Shown here in pieces: positions 9,670 through 19,270 of a stretch of 64,000 nt of DNA (positions within the stretch are counted from its first letter, which is position 1; every line of letters begins with the position of its first letter). The DNA lies in contig JBBFKX010000001.1 in assembly GCA_037481815.1 (NCBI GenBank), positions 773,826-837,825 on the forward strand, given 5' to 3'. The notes beneath the pieces were generated by a model that had not been told where the DNA came from, ran no database searches, and saw only the letters and a program-made list of their open reading frames with translations. Both the position numbers and the translations under genes were made by a program. The stretch comes from a candidate division WOR-3 bacterium. Its GTDB lineage: Bacteria > Hydrothermota > 32-111.

Positions 9670-10980
9670 TTACCCCCTTTTTTTAGAAGGTTTCTTTATT
9701 TCCCAGTCAAGAACTAAAGGTGCAACTATAAAATCTGAAGAATATGTACCAACTATTATTCCAACGAGTAACGCAAATGCAAAATCGTTTAGAACTTTTC
9801 CACCAAAAACAAAAAGCATCAAAATTACAAACAAAGTTGTTAAAGAGGTTATCAATGTTCTTCCAAGTGTCTGATTCAAAGATCTATTCACTATGGTTGA
9901 AAAACTGTCTTTTCTCATAAGTTTTAAATTCTCTCTTATTCTATCTGAAACGATAATAGAATCGTTGATCGAATATCCTATAAGAGTCAACAGTGCCGCT
10001 ATTATCTGAACAGACATCTCCCTTCCAGTTATAGTTAAAAGACCAAGTGTTATTGTAACATCATGGAAGAGTGCTACAACAGAAGCAACTCCAAACCTGA
10101 ATGTGAATCTAATCCAGACATATACCATTATTCCAAGAAGTCCAAGCAGAACAACCCAAAATGATTTTAACTGCAACTCTTTCGACATTATGGCTCCAAC
10201 AACTTCCTCTCTATCAACTCTTGGATTTTCCTGTGAAAACTTTTCTTTTAAAGAGTTTATTATTTTTTCTGTTGGTGATAGTTCAACTCCTTTACTGGAA
10301 ACTCTATAAAGTGTATCCTGCCAATCTGGAATGATTTGAATATTTTTTACATTTGCATTTTTCGAGCAAACGAAAATTTTTATCTCCTTTTCAACTCCTT
10401 TATTATTGGTTCTGTCAACTCCAAAAACATAAAATGTAACCAGAGAATCCTTCTTTAAATCATCGATTGAAAAGTTTAAAACTCCCACCTCTTCTCTTGA
10501 ATCGTATACATCAGATGGGGTAAATTCTTTGAGTTCTTTAAAAATTTCAGATCTCACAAAAATATTTTTTACTGGAGATCTCTCATCATAAACTTTTACT
10601 TTAACTGTAACATTTTTTTCTCCTAAAGTCGGGTTAGGATAAGTCGAATAGCCAACAACAACAGGTCCTGTTGTATCCTGAACTTTTTCAAAATTTTCCT
10701 GAACCTTAATTAGAAAATCATTTTCGGATCCATATTTTTGTATAACAGCATTCTTATATCCAAGAGAGTTCATAACATCCCTTAACTGATCTATTTTAAC
10801 CTCTTTATCAAAATGAACCTGCAAAACTATTCCACCAGTAAAATCGATTCCCAGGTTTAAACCTCTATTGAAAACTATTACCAGTAAACTTCCAATAACA
10901 AGAACCAGAGAGATTATATATGTTATCTTTCTTATTCCAACAAAATTTATCTCCGGAAGATTTATTTTCTTAAAATTCAT
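9670..10980 (-). CDS. secF: Protein translocase subunit SecF with a large periplasmic insertion
   Basis: LGIDFTGG, ALFHD, IGYSINDSIIVSDRIRE and GTYSS motifs; directly downstream of secD. Confidence 0.95.
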   Translation of the reverse strand: MNFKKINLPEINFVGIRKITYIISLVLVIGSLLVIVFNRGLNLGIDFTGGIVLQVHFDKEVKIDQLRDVMNSLGYKNAVIQKYGSENDFLIKVQENFEKVQDTTGPVVVGYSTYPNPTLGEKNVTVKVKVYDERSPVKNIFVRSEIFKELKEFTPSDVYDSREEVGVLNFSIDDLKKDSLVTFYVFGVDRTNNKGVEKEIKIFVCSKNANVKNIQIIPDWQDTLYRVSSKGVELSPTEKIINSLKEKFSQENPRVDREEVVGAIMSKELQLKSFWVVLLGLLGIMVYVWIRFTFRFGVASVVALFHDVTITLGLLTITGREMSVQIIAALLTLIGYSINDSIIVSDRIRENLKLMRKDSFSTIVNRSLNQTLGRTLITSLTTLFVILMLFVFGGKVLNDFAFALLVGIIVGTYSSDFIVAPLVLDWEIKKPSKKRG

Positions 10981-10988
10981 CTTTCCTC

Positions 10989-12524
10989 CTATATGGACAA
11001 TTTTTTAAAGTTTGGATTGGAAGTGATTAGATCAAAAATAACTCTTGTAACGAATATTGCCGAGAAGAAATTTATAACAAGACCAAGCCCAAGAGTGACA
11101 GCAAAACCTTTTATAGGACCGGTTCCAAACCAGTAAAGAATGAGTGCTGTCACAAGTGATGTAAGGTTTGCATCAAAAATCGTTGAAAACGCTTTTGAAT
11201 AACCGGCTGAAATCGCTGTTTTAATGGTCTTTCCTGATGCCAGTTCTTCTCTGATCCTTTCAAATATCAAAACATTTGCATCTATTGCTGTTCCAACAAG
11301 AAGTACCAAACCAGCCATACCTGGAAGAGTAAGAGTTGCTCGGAACAAAGACAGAACAGCGAGAAGGATTATAAGGTTTAAAACCATCGCAAAATCTGCT
11401 ATCATTCCAGATAGACCATAATATATTGCCATAAAAACAAATACAACGATAACACCATATATAAGGGATCTTATTCCCTTTCTTATCGAATCACCACCAA
11501 GTGTTGGCCCTACAGATCTTTCTTCGATTATTCTAACTGGAGCAGGTAAAGCACCAGCTTTCAAAATTACAGCGAGATCTTTTGCATCGTTTATTGTTGC
11601 ATTTCCCATTGAGATTTCAGTGTTCCCAGAAGGTATCCTTTCCCTTACTACCGGTGCAGAAACTATCACACTATCAAGTGAAAAAGCTATTCTCCTTCCA
11701 ATGTTTGATCCTGTTATTGAAGCCCATTTGTTTTTCGCATTTTTATTCATAGTTAACTCGACCTTTACACCGTATGGGTTATCACTCGTTCCGATTGCAG
11801 CTCTCGCATCAAGGATAGCGTCTCCCTTTAAAACAGGATTCTTTTCAACAAGGTAAAGTATCGTCTGATTCACTCCATCCTTGTTTTTCTCTTTTCCCCA
11901 CATAAAAATATAATCGGATGGGATCAAATTTTTTATTTCTTCTTTAGAAAGAATGTTTTTAACAAGAGATATATTTTCAGGATAAACAATAAAGTCAACA
12001 CCATTGTTATCTACAAGAGTTGATATTCGTACGGTATCCTTCATCTCTTCAAGTTTTTTATCTATATTCTCAAAAACTTTTTGTACTACGGTATTTTCAG
12101 CAACGATTCTGAACTCAAGTTGTGCTGTTTTTCCTATAAGGTTTTTCGCTCTCTCTCGATCAACAACTCCAGGTAGTTGTATGCTTATCCTGTCATTACC
12201 CTGTTTTTCAACAAGTGGCTCAGTTACGCCAAACTGGTCTATCCTATTTTTTAAAATTTCAAGTGCTCTATCAACAGCACCATCAGCTTCCTCTTTACTC
12301 AAAGAAGTTTTGTCAACTTCAAGAATGAGGTTCATTCCACCTTGAAGATCAAGTCCAAGATGGAGTGATCTGTTTCTCAAACTATTTATCTGTTCATAAG
12401 TCATGCTGAGTTTATCTTTGTCTGATAGAGTATAGTATCGAAACGTATAATAGAGTTGATATAAAGATAAAATTAAAATCACAACAACTATTAAAATTCT
12501 CCACCTGAGATCAAGTTTCATCAA
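10989..12524 (-). CDS. secD: Protein translocase subunit SecD
   Basis: LGLDLQGG, RIDQFGVTEP, AGALPAP, TLPGMAG and DANVLIFERIREE motifs. Confidence 0.97.
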   Translation of the reverse strand: MMKLDLRWRILIVVVILILSLYQLYYTFRYYTLSDKDKLSMTYEQINSLRNRSLHLGLDLQGGMNLILEVDKTSLSKEEADGAVDRALEILKNRIDQFGVTEPLVEKQGNDRISIQLPGVVDRERAKNLIGKTAQLEFRIVAENTVVQKVFENIDKKLEEMKDTVRISTLVDNNGVDFIVYPENISLVKNILSKEEIKNLIPSDYIFMWGKEKNKDGVNQTILYLVEKNPVLKGDAILDARAAIGTSDNPYGVKVELTMNKNAKNKWASITGSNIGRRIAFSLDSVIVSAPVVRERIPSGNTEISMGNATINDAKDLAVILKAGALPAPVRIIEERSVGPTLGGDSIRKGIRSLIYGVIVVFVFMAIYYGLSGMIADFAMVLNLIILLAVLSLFRATLTLPGMAGLVLLVGTAIDANVLIFERIREELASGKTIKTAISAGYSKAFSTIFDANLTSLVTALILYWFGTGPIKGFAVTLGLGLVINFFSAIFVTRVIFDLITSNPNFKKLSI

Positions 12525-12562
12525 TCCTCCTTATAATAAAAGTTTGTTTTATTCAGTTTTAA

Positions 12563-12591
12563 AGGTTATCATATTTTAGAGATTTAGTCAA
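12563..12591 (-). promoter_or_regulatory. Putative sigma70 promoter of the secDF run
   Basis: TTGACT-N17-TAACCT with a TGn extension; GGAGG SD before secD. Confidence 0.4.
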
Positions 12592-12611
12592 TATTTGGAG
12601 TTTTTTCGATG

Positions 12612-13820
12612 TTAAAACCTAAAACTCTCTATATTTACAAATTTACTTCCCCATGTGTACGAGATACTGACATCTATAAAAAAAGCAAAATCGGTTGCTC
12701 TTTCCTTTTGAAGAAGAAGTAGGTCTTCATCAGTGTATCCAGATTTTTCTATATTTCTTTTATCCCTGGGAACGACGAATTCCCCATATAGATTTAGAGA
12801 AAAACCCTTAAAAATATATAACTTCATACTTCCTTCAAGAGAGACGGAATATTGATCAAAATATTGGACATAATTTGATCCTACAAGAGATAGCGATACA
12901 TTACCTTTTGGAAACAAAACATCGTAAGAGAATGTTATAATATTTCTATGTAGTACTTCTTTTATTTTATTATATATTGTTGTATCATAATACATTATAA
13001 AAGATGGTTCATATTCATATGAAACTTTTAACAACCTCGTGTTTCCTTCAGCGTATGGGAAAAAACTGTATTCTATTCCAAACGAAAGATCATTTTTCAA
13101 TTTATAGTTTGAAAAAATCGAATTGTATCCATCTAACTTCACTCTACTTGAAATTCTATCATTTATCGCCTGAATGTATTCTATTTCCGAAAAAATGTTT
13201 CTGTTGAAACTTGTCAAAACTCTATTTGAATCGAGATAAAAATATTTTTTGCTTACAGAAAAAGAGAGATCAAATTTTATCTGATCATAATTTATAAATC
13301 TGTTACCTGTGAGTTTGATTTTTAAAAGATTGTTCTTATATTGATTTTCAGAATAGAGTTCAGTCAACCCTTCAAGATTAAAATTCCATCCATATACCTT
13401 TTTCTCTTCGAAAGTTTTTTCCTTCTCCGTTATTGAAACTCTTTCCAAATAATCCTGTTCAAAAAAATTTCCCAATACCATTATTAAAAAACTTTCATAA
13501 ATTTTCTCATAAATATCATATTCAGAAATATTTTTGTCAAAGGAAAGTTTCATAGTATCTGATAGATTTTTATAACTGTTTTGTCCATAAGAGAAAAGAA
13601 TAAAAGCGATATTATTTTCATTAACATCTTTTTTTAATACAAAAAAAACATCCGACTCTTCTTTTATATTTGAAAATTCAAAAGTTTTAACTTTTGTCAT
13701 CAGAAAACTTTTTAAATTTTGATCGTCACAATCAAGAAAAATTGTTAAATTAAACAAATGTAAGTAAAAAATTAAAAATAAAAACGAAACGAAAAAAATT
13801 TTTTTCATAAAATTTTTCAT
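12612..13820 (-). CDS. Hypothetical exported protein, probable outer-membrane beta-barrel
   Basis: Signal peptide, alternating aromatic beta-strand pattern, ends ...ISYTWG...SFRF. Confidence 0.6.
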   Translation of the reverse strand: MKNFMKKIFFVSFLFLIFYLHLFNLTIFLDCDDQNLKSFLMTKVKTFEFSNIKEESDVFFVLKKDVNENNIAFILFSYGQNSYKNLSDTMKLSFDKNISEYDIYEKIYESFLIMVLGNFFEQDYLERVSITEKEKTFEEKKVYGWNFNLEGLTELYSENQYKNNLLKIKLTGNRFINYDQIKFDLSFSVSKKYFYLDSNRVLTSFNRNIFSEIEYIQAINDRISSRVKLDGYNSIFSNYKLKNDLSFGIEYSFFPYAEGNTRLLKVSYEYEPSFIMYYDTTIYNKIKEVLHRNIITFSYDVLFPKGNVSLSLVGSNYVQYFDQYSVSLEGSMKLYIFKGFSLNLYGEFVVPRDKRNIEKSGYTDEDLLLLQKERATDFAFFIDVSISYTWGSKFVNIESFRF

Positions 13821-13827
13821 TTTTTTG

Positions 13828-13855
13828 ATTATATAAAAAAAATTTTTAAATTCAA
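13828..13855 (-). promoter_or_regulatory. Putative sigma70 promoter (leaderless/short leader)
   Basis: TTGAAT-N16-TATAAT, 7 nt before the ATG at 13820, no SD. Confidence 0.5.
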
Positions 13856-13857
13856 TG

Positions 13858-13886
13858 TTTACATTGTATTAAACTTTTTATATAAT
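13858..13886 (+). promoter_or_regulatory. Putative sigma70 promoter (leaderless/short leader)
   Basis: TTTACA-N17-TATAAT, 6 nt before the ATG at 13893, no SD. Confidence 0.5.
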
Positions 13887-13892
13887 AGATTT

Positions 13893-15002
13893 ATGAAGAT
13901 TAGAACTATTACACTTTTTCACAATTTTAAAGAAGATAAAATTGATAAAAACCTGTTAAGGAAAATTGAAAATATCAAAAGGATTTATAACGATACCATA
14001 GAAAAAAATTTTCCTGTTCAAACTTTAAGATTATCTACAAACATCGCTTCCATAAATAAAGATTTTCAAACAAAAATTTCAATAATAAAAGATCTTCAGG
14101 AAATCTTAAAAGAACAAAAGATTGAGTTTTTCAACATTGGAAAGGTTAATTCTTTAGAAACAAATAAGACCATAGAAATTTTTGAAAAATTCAACGTTTC
14201 CGCCTTTTTTGAAATCAATACCAAGTCCTTTGATGAAAAATCAGTCATCAAAGGTGCAAAATTAATAAAGGAACTTTCATTCATAAGTCCTCTAAAAAAT
14301 TTCAATTTTGGAATTTCATTCAACATCTTATCTGGAACACCATTCTTTCCATCATCATTTTCAACGACAGACGGTTTTTCGATTGGATTTGAAAATGGTG
14401 ATATCTTACAAAATATTTTTAACAATGTGAAAAATTTTTCTGAAATTGAATATATACTTGAAAAAAGTTTATATCAAAAATACAAAATTTTTGAAAAATT
14501 TTTTGAAAAGGAATCACAAAAAAGAAATCTTGAGTTTTTAGGTTTGGATCTCTCTTTTGCCCCCGGAATAAAAAAAAACGAATCTGTCTTTGAGGCGTTT
14601 CACATTTTAAAAAGAAATATCAAAAGAAAAAATATAAACGATATCTCTATCGCTGGAGCAATTACCACGGTTTTAAAAAATTTAAAAATCAAAAAAACAG
14701 GATATTGTGGACTCATGCTCCCTTTATCTGAAGATTACAGATTATCAAAAATGAGTTTTGAAAAAGATATAAGGATAAAAGACCTCTTACTTTTATCTTC
14801 TGTTTGTGGTTGTGGAATAGATACTGTTCCAATAAGTATCGATTCAAAAAACGAATTTATTGAATCACTCATAATCGATTCCTATACAATATCAAAAAAA
14901 TGGAAAAAACCTTTACAACTTAGAATCTTACCAGTACGCAATGATGAAACAATCTCGTTTAAATCAAAATATCTGTTAAAAACAAAATTTTTGAACTATT
15001 AA
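13893..15002 (+). CDS. DUF711 / UPF0210 family protein
   Basis: MKIRTIT start; VQTLR, TPFFP, GLDLSFAP, GYCGLMLP and SVCGCGIDTVP motifs. Confidence 0.75.
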   Translation: MKIRTITLFHNFKEDKIDKNLLRKIENIKRIYNDTIEKNFPVQTLRLSTNIASINKDFQTKISIIKDLQEILKEQKIEFFNIGKVNSLETNKTIEIFEKFNVSAFFEINTKSFDEKSVIKGAKLIKELSFISPLKNFNFGISFNILSGTPFFPSSFSTTDGFSIGFENGDILQNIFNNVKNFSEIEYILEKSLYQKYKIFEKFFEKESQKRNLEFLGLDLSFAPGIKKNESVFEAFHILKRNIKRKNINDISIAGAITTVLKNLKIKKTGYCGLMLPLSEDYRLSKMSFEKDIRIKDLLLLSSVCGCGIDTVPISIDSKNEFIESLIIDSYTISKKWKKPLQLRILPVRNDETISFKSKYLLKTKFLNY

Positions 15003-16105
15003 AATTTTGTCCCGATTTGAAAAAGAAAAACTGTTGGGATTTTATAGAACTCTTCTTTTGATTCCCCATTGGTCCAGACAGTAGAAAATGAGGATATCAG
15101 ATTGTTTATAGGAATATATGAAATATTAAAGATAGCAATCAGAGAAAGATCGTCAAGATTTAATATCGAATTCAGAGAAAAATTTAATCTATCATTAAGG
15201 TTCAAAAGAGAAGTTAAAAACATATAGTATCTGCCCAAGAGAAAATCTCCATTTAAATATTTGTTGATAATATTTATGTCACTGTAAGGTGCATTAGGTG
15301 CTTTAAAATTCATATAAAATTCGTGACAGAGATAAAGTTTTTCAAAAAAAGTATAATCCCAACCTAAAAGCATCTGTAAACCAAAATCATCGTTCGATTT
15401 TAAAATGGTTAACTCATCATAAAGTGCAGGTCCAAAATATTCTGACAGAAAAGATATACCAAAAAGATAATTTTCTATAGAATCTATTGATAGAAGATTT
15501 TTTCTAATCTGTGAATATCTTGATAAAAATATCCTTGAATTATAATATTCATTTAAAAATTCAAAAAAGAGTCCTTCTTTAGAGGAAAAAAAGTCGTTGT
15601 TATCCTGATATATCAACGATGAAGTGAAATTATTTCTTGAATAGGAAAAAAGAATGTTTGATGGAAATTCTTTCAACGAGATTATGTCAAAAGGGGAACT
15701 GAAATAAAATATATCAACAGGTGAATACACCTCTGAAAAACTCCATTTAACAGGGAATTTCCCTATTTTTAGATTGAAACCATTTTTATAAAGCGATAGA
15801 TAGAGTTGAGTAAATCTGTATTGGTTTGAAAGGTATAGATATTTAGGCATTATCCCTATAATCGAAAAATCTATGTCAGGATAGGGAATTTCATATTTTG
15901 CATCACCCTGATATATCCTTGCATCGAATTGTGCAAAAAATTTCAAAACCTCATTAGAGTTTTCAAGATCCAAAACAAGATCGTGAGATGAAAAGTAATT
16001 AACTTTATAGAAATAAAAATAACTATAATTGTAATTAAAGGATAGATTAAAAGAACTTAAAAAAAGGAAAGATAAAAAAAATAGAAGAAACAAAAATTTT
16101 TTCAT
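14999..16105 (-). CDS. Hypothetical outer-membrane beta-barrel protein
   Basis: Signal peptide, LKIGKFPVKW..YSPVD segment, C-terminal FQIGTKF beta-signal; last gene of the Lol-like cluster. Confidence 0.6.
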   Translation of the reverse strand: MKKFLFLLFFLSFLFLSSFNLSFNYNYSYFYFYKVNYFSSHDLVLDLENSNEVLKFFAQFDARIYQGDAKYEIPYPDIDFSIIGIMPKYLYLSNQYRFTQLYLSLYKNGFNLKIGKFPVKWSFSEVYSPVDIFYFSSPFDIISLKEFPSNILFSYSRNNFTSSLIYQDNNDFFSSKEGLFFEFLNEYYNSRIFLSRYSQIRKNLLSIDSIENYLFGISFLSEYFGPALYDELTILKSNDDFGLQMLLGWDYTFFEKLYLCHEFYMNFKAPNAPYSDINIINKYLNGDFLLGRYYMFLTSLLNLNDRLNFSLNSILNLDDLSLIAIFNISYIPINNLISSFSTVWTNGESKEEFYKIPTVFLFQIGTKF

Positions 16106-16821
16106 CTTTCAAGATAAGATTTTGTAAAATAATTCTCAGAAATTTTATCTTTAATACTTATATCAGCATACTCAATCGTTGTAATATTCTTTTTCTGTAG
16201 AAGATCTTTCATAACAACTTTTTTGGGAAAGTATATATCTTTTATCTTTTCATACTCTTCAATATAAAATTCTTTCAACAACCTATTAGATGAAGAATAT
16301 ATCTCTTCTTTGTATGGAAGATAAACATCTTTCATAATATAACTCTTTTTGAATTTATAGGGCGCATCGTTAACTTTAGCTTTCATTTCAAGTATGTAAT
16401 ATTTTTCATCATTCACAAGAGATATATCATAGATATCCTTTAATTTTCTCCTTTCTGAAATATCCTCATAAGAAAATGAACTTCCCATAAAACCTTCTTT
16501 GAGCATATGTCCTTTTATCAAAACCGATCTTCCTGCTGAAGGTAAATATAGCCACATCGAATTATCTTTTTTTAGAAATCTACTTCTGTTTCCATCGGTT
16601 GAAGTGAGAACTTCAACATAAACATTTTTTTCATCTTTAATATAGAGTAAAAGATCCATTTCTCTTGTGTTATCACTCTCTTCGATTTTCATTTTCGCTC
16701 TGTAAACAACATTTTTTACACTCAGATTTTTTTCAACCTTATCAATTATACTTTCCAGAGTTTCCGCATACATAAAAATGGACGAAACTATCAACACATA
16801 AAATAAAATTCTCTTCAACAT
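16102..16821 (-). CDS. Outer-membrane lipoprotein-sorting (LolA-like) protein
   Basis: Signal peptide; MWLYLPS...GFMGSSFSYED motif; adjacent to LolE-type permeases. Confidence 0.8.
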   Translation of the reverse strand: MLKRILFYVLIVSSIFMYAETLESIIDKVEKNLSVKNVVYRAKMKIEESDNTREMDLLLYIKDEKNVYVEVLTSTDGNRSRFLKKDNSMWLYLPSAGRSVLIKGHMLKEGFMGSSFSYEDISERRKLKDIYDISLVNDEKYYILEMKAKVNDAPYKFKKSYIMKDVYLPYKEEIYSSSNRLLKEFYIEEYEKIKDIYFPKKVVMKDLLQKKNITTIEYADISIKDKISENYFTKSYLER

Positions 16822-16823
16822 TT

Positions 16824-18026
16824 CTACTCCCTCAATATTTCGACAGGATTAAGACTTTTGACTCTTTTTACAAGGAAAAGTGATGATAGAGAAGATGTAA
16901 AAATTCCAAGAATAAAACCTATTAAAACATTCATAAAAGATAAAGAAGGATATATAACAGGTATTATCGGTATCTGAATATCTTTCAAAGCAGCTGAATA
17001 ATCGAATCCAATTTTTGAAAAAATAAATGTTACACTTGATCCAAGAATAACTCCCATCAAAGTCCCGATGATTCCGATAATCGTTGTTTCAAAAAAGAAT
17101 ATCAAAAATATTTTTTTAGACTTTAAACCAAGAGATTTCATCATTCCTATTTCCTTTTTCCTTTCATATAAAGCCATGACCATCGTATTTATTATTGCTA
17201 TGGAAGCGAGAAAGAAAATTATCAAAAAAACTATACCCATAACCGAAAAAGAAACTTTTAACATACTTAAAAGTGTTTCACCCTCCTGCCAGTTTGAAAG
17301 GAAATAATCATCAGACAAAAAACTTTTTATCTCTTTTGAAACTTTTAAAGAAGAACCCAGATCTTTACAATAAACAAGAAGTTCTATCGCTTTTGTAGAA
17401 TCCATAGCGAGCAACCTCTGAGCATCGTTTATGTGAAGGAATACTATGTTCGATGCGATATATTCAATATCCGTCTCATAAAAATCTTTGACAAGCAAAG
17501 AGATTCCGTTAAGATAACCATAAACTGTCTGAGTTATCAAAACAAGTGTATCATTCCTGTTTATTTTAAACTTATCAGCAAATTTTTTTGAAACTAAAAT
17601 TTCTCCTCTGTTCAATGTTTTTCCTTTAAGTAAAACAAAATCTTTTTCTCTCTCTGGAAGTATAGAAAAACCTATAACTCCATCAGCTTCATTATCTCCT
17701 TTAGCGATCAGTGTTCCAAATTTGATCCTTGGTCTTAAAAGTTTTACATCTTTTATCTTTGATATTTTGTTTTCAAGTTCTATGAAATTAAAATTATAGT
17801 TTACAGGCATCATTCTTTCTTTCTCTTTGTACTCCCTCCTTACTATTTTGATATGCCCTGTTTCCATATCGGAAATATTCTGGATTATTGGGATAAACTC
17901 ACCATCTATAAAAGATTTTCCAAATATTGTTGCTGCTACTGCAATTGTGATACCCAAAGATGTTAAAAAAGTTCTTCTGTGATTTCTAAAAATATTTTTG
18001 AAAGCAATTTTTAAAATAAAGTTCAT
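16824..18026 (-). CDS. ABC transporter permease, LolE/FtsX/MacB type
   Basis: IAFKNIFRNHRRT, INTMVMALYERKKEIGMMKSLG and LNPVEILR motifs. Confidence 0.9.
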   Translation of the reverse strand: MNFILKIAFKNIFRNHRRTFLTSLGITIAVAATIFGKSFIDGEFIPIIQNISDMETGHIKIVRREYKEKERMMPVNYNFNFIELENKISKIKDVKLLRPRIKFGTLIAKGDNEADGVIGFSILPEREKDFVLLKGKTLNRGEILVSKKFADKFKINRNDTLVLITQTVYGYLNGISLLVKDFYETDIEYIASNIVFLHINDAQRLLAMDSTKAIELLVYCKDLGSSLKVSKEIKSFLSDDYFLSNWQEGETLLSMLKVSFSVMGIVFLIIFFLASIAIINTMVMALYERKKEIGMMKSLGLKSKKIFLIFFFETTIIGIIGTLMGVILGSSVTFIFSKIGFDYSAALKDIQIPIIPVIYPSLSFMNVLIGFILGIFTSSLSSLFLVKRVKSLNPVEILRE

Positions 18027-19270
18027 TTTAAAATCCTGATTATGTTTTCCCTGATAGCCCTTCTTGCAGGATAAAACGATGCCAAAACACCTATAAATGT
18101 TCCAAAAATACCTGCCTGTAAAATTGAGATCAAATTGAAGGAACCTCTAAAAATACTCTTTATCGGATAACCTATATCCATATCTCCAATAACTCCTGAA
18201 AAATCTAAACCAACCCTGTAAAGGTATAATGAAATCAAACCTCCTAAAAGCATTCCAAAAAGTGATCCGATCAAACCGATCAGTGCACCTTCAAAAACAA
18301 ACATTTTTAAAATCACCTGATTTGGGGCACCCATCGCTCTCATAGTTCCTATCTCTTTAAACCTCTCATAAATTGAAAGTAATATTGTGTTCGCTATTCC
18401 AACTCCACCTATGATGAGTATCACAAATATTATGATTCCACCAGAATATTTTTTTGCTGAATCTATAGCTTTTATTTCAAAAGCGAAATCCTCCCATGTC
18501 ACGAGTTTTAAATCAGGATATTTTGAAAGTACTTTATCAAACTTTTTAACAAAATCGTATAGGGAACCATTCTTTTTTAATTTTATAGAAACATTTGAAA
18601 CTTTCTTTTCTACATTCAAAAAGTTTCTCGCCTGATCGATACTCACAAACACTGTTGTTCTATCAATGTTTGGATTTCCTGTTGAAACATATCCTATCAA
18701 TTTCGTGTCAAAAGCATCAAAAGTTCCACCTGATGTTCTCGATTGAATTATCAACAACGAATCTGTATTTATTTCAAAATATTTTAAAATATCACTTCCA
18801 ACAACTATACTTCCAGCGTCAAAATTTTCTATTTTTGAAAAACTCATATCAAAGGTTTTATATGTTTTTTTATAAGAATTAAAATCTATTCCTTTTATAA
18901 GTACAGGTAGTTTGTTCAAGCCATCCGAAAGGTTACCGATAAAAACGATTTCATAGGTAAAACTTTCTACCATGTCTGAATTGATCAAAAATTTGATTAT
19001 CTCTTCCGGGACTATAAATCCGATCTCATTTATATCCAACTTTTTATCACTCAAAGAAAAATTTTTTGAAACCAATTTTAAACTTGCTGTTTCAAAATTT
19101 ATCAAATTGTTTATTGAATCTCTGTTTAAACCATCAAGTAAAGAAAACATCGTTATAAGAAGCATAACTCCAAAAATTACAGGGATAAGAGTAAGGATCG
19201 TTCTCTGTTTACTTCTAAAAATATTTTTAAACGCAAGTTTTATCCAGAATACCATATCAGACCTTCTCAA
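18023..19270 (-). CDS. ABC transporter permease, LolE/FtsX/MacB type
   Basis: LAFKNIFRSKQRT, NTILLSIYERFKEIGTMRAMG and YPARRA motifs. The start may be the second Met (MVFWIK). Confidence 0.9.
   Translation of the reverse strand: MRRSDMVFWIKLAFKNIFRSKQRTILTLIPVIFGVMLLITMFSLLDGLNRDSINNLINFETASLKLVSKNFSLSDKKLDINEIGFIVPEEIIKFLINSDMVESFTYEIVFIGNLSDGLNKLPVLIKGIDFNSYKKTYKTFDMSFSKIENFDAGSIVVGSDILKYFEINTDSLLIIQSRTSGGTFDAFDTKLIGYVSTGNPNIDRTTVFVSIDQARNFLNVEKKVSNVSIKLKKNGSLYDFVKKFDKVLSKYPDLKLVTWEDFAFEIKAIDSAKKYSGGIIIFVILIIGGVGIANTILLSIYERFKEIGTMRAMGAPNQVILKMFVFEGALIGLIGSLFGMLLGGLISLYLYRVGLDFSGVIGDMDIGYPIKSIFRGSFNLISILQAGIFGTFIGVLASFYPARRAIRENIIRILK

Noticed and set aside
9670..9672. Selenocysteine, pyrrolysine or alternative genetic code at the secF stop
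   Set aside because: The codon is TAA, and TAA, TAG and TGA all end conserved genes normally in this window.
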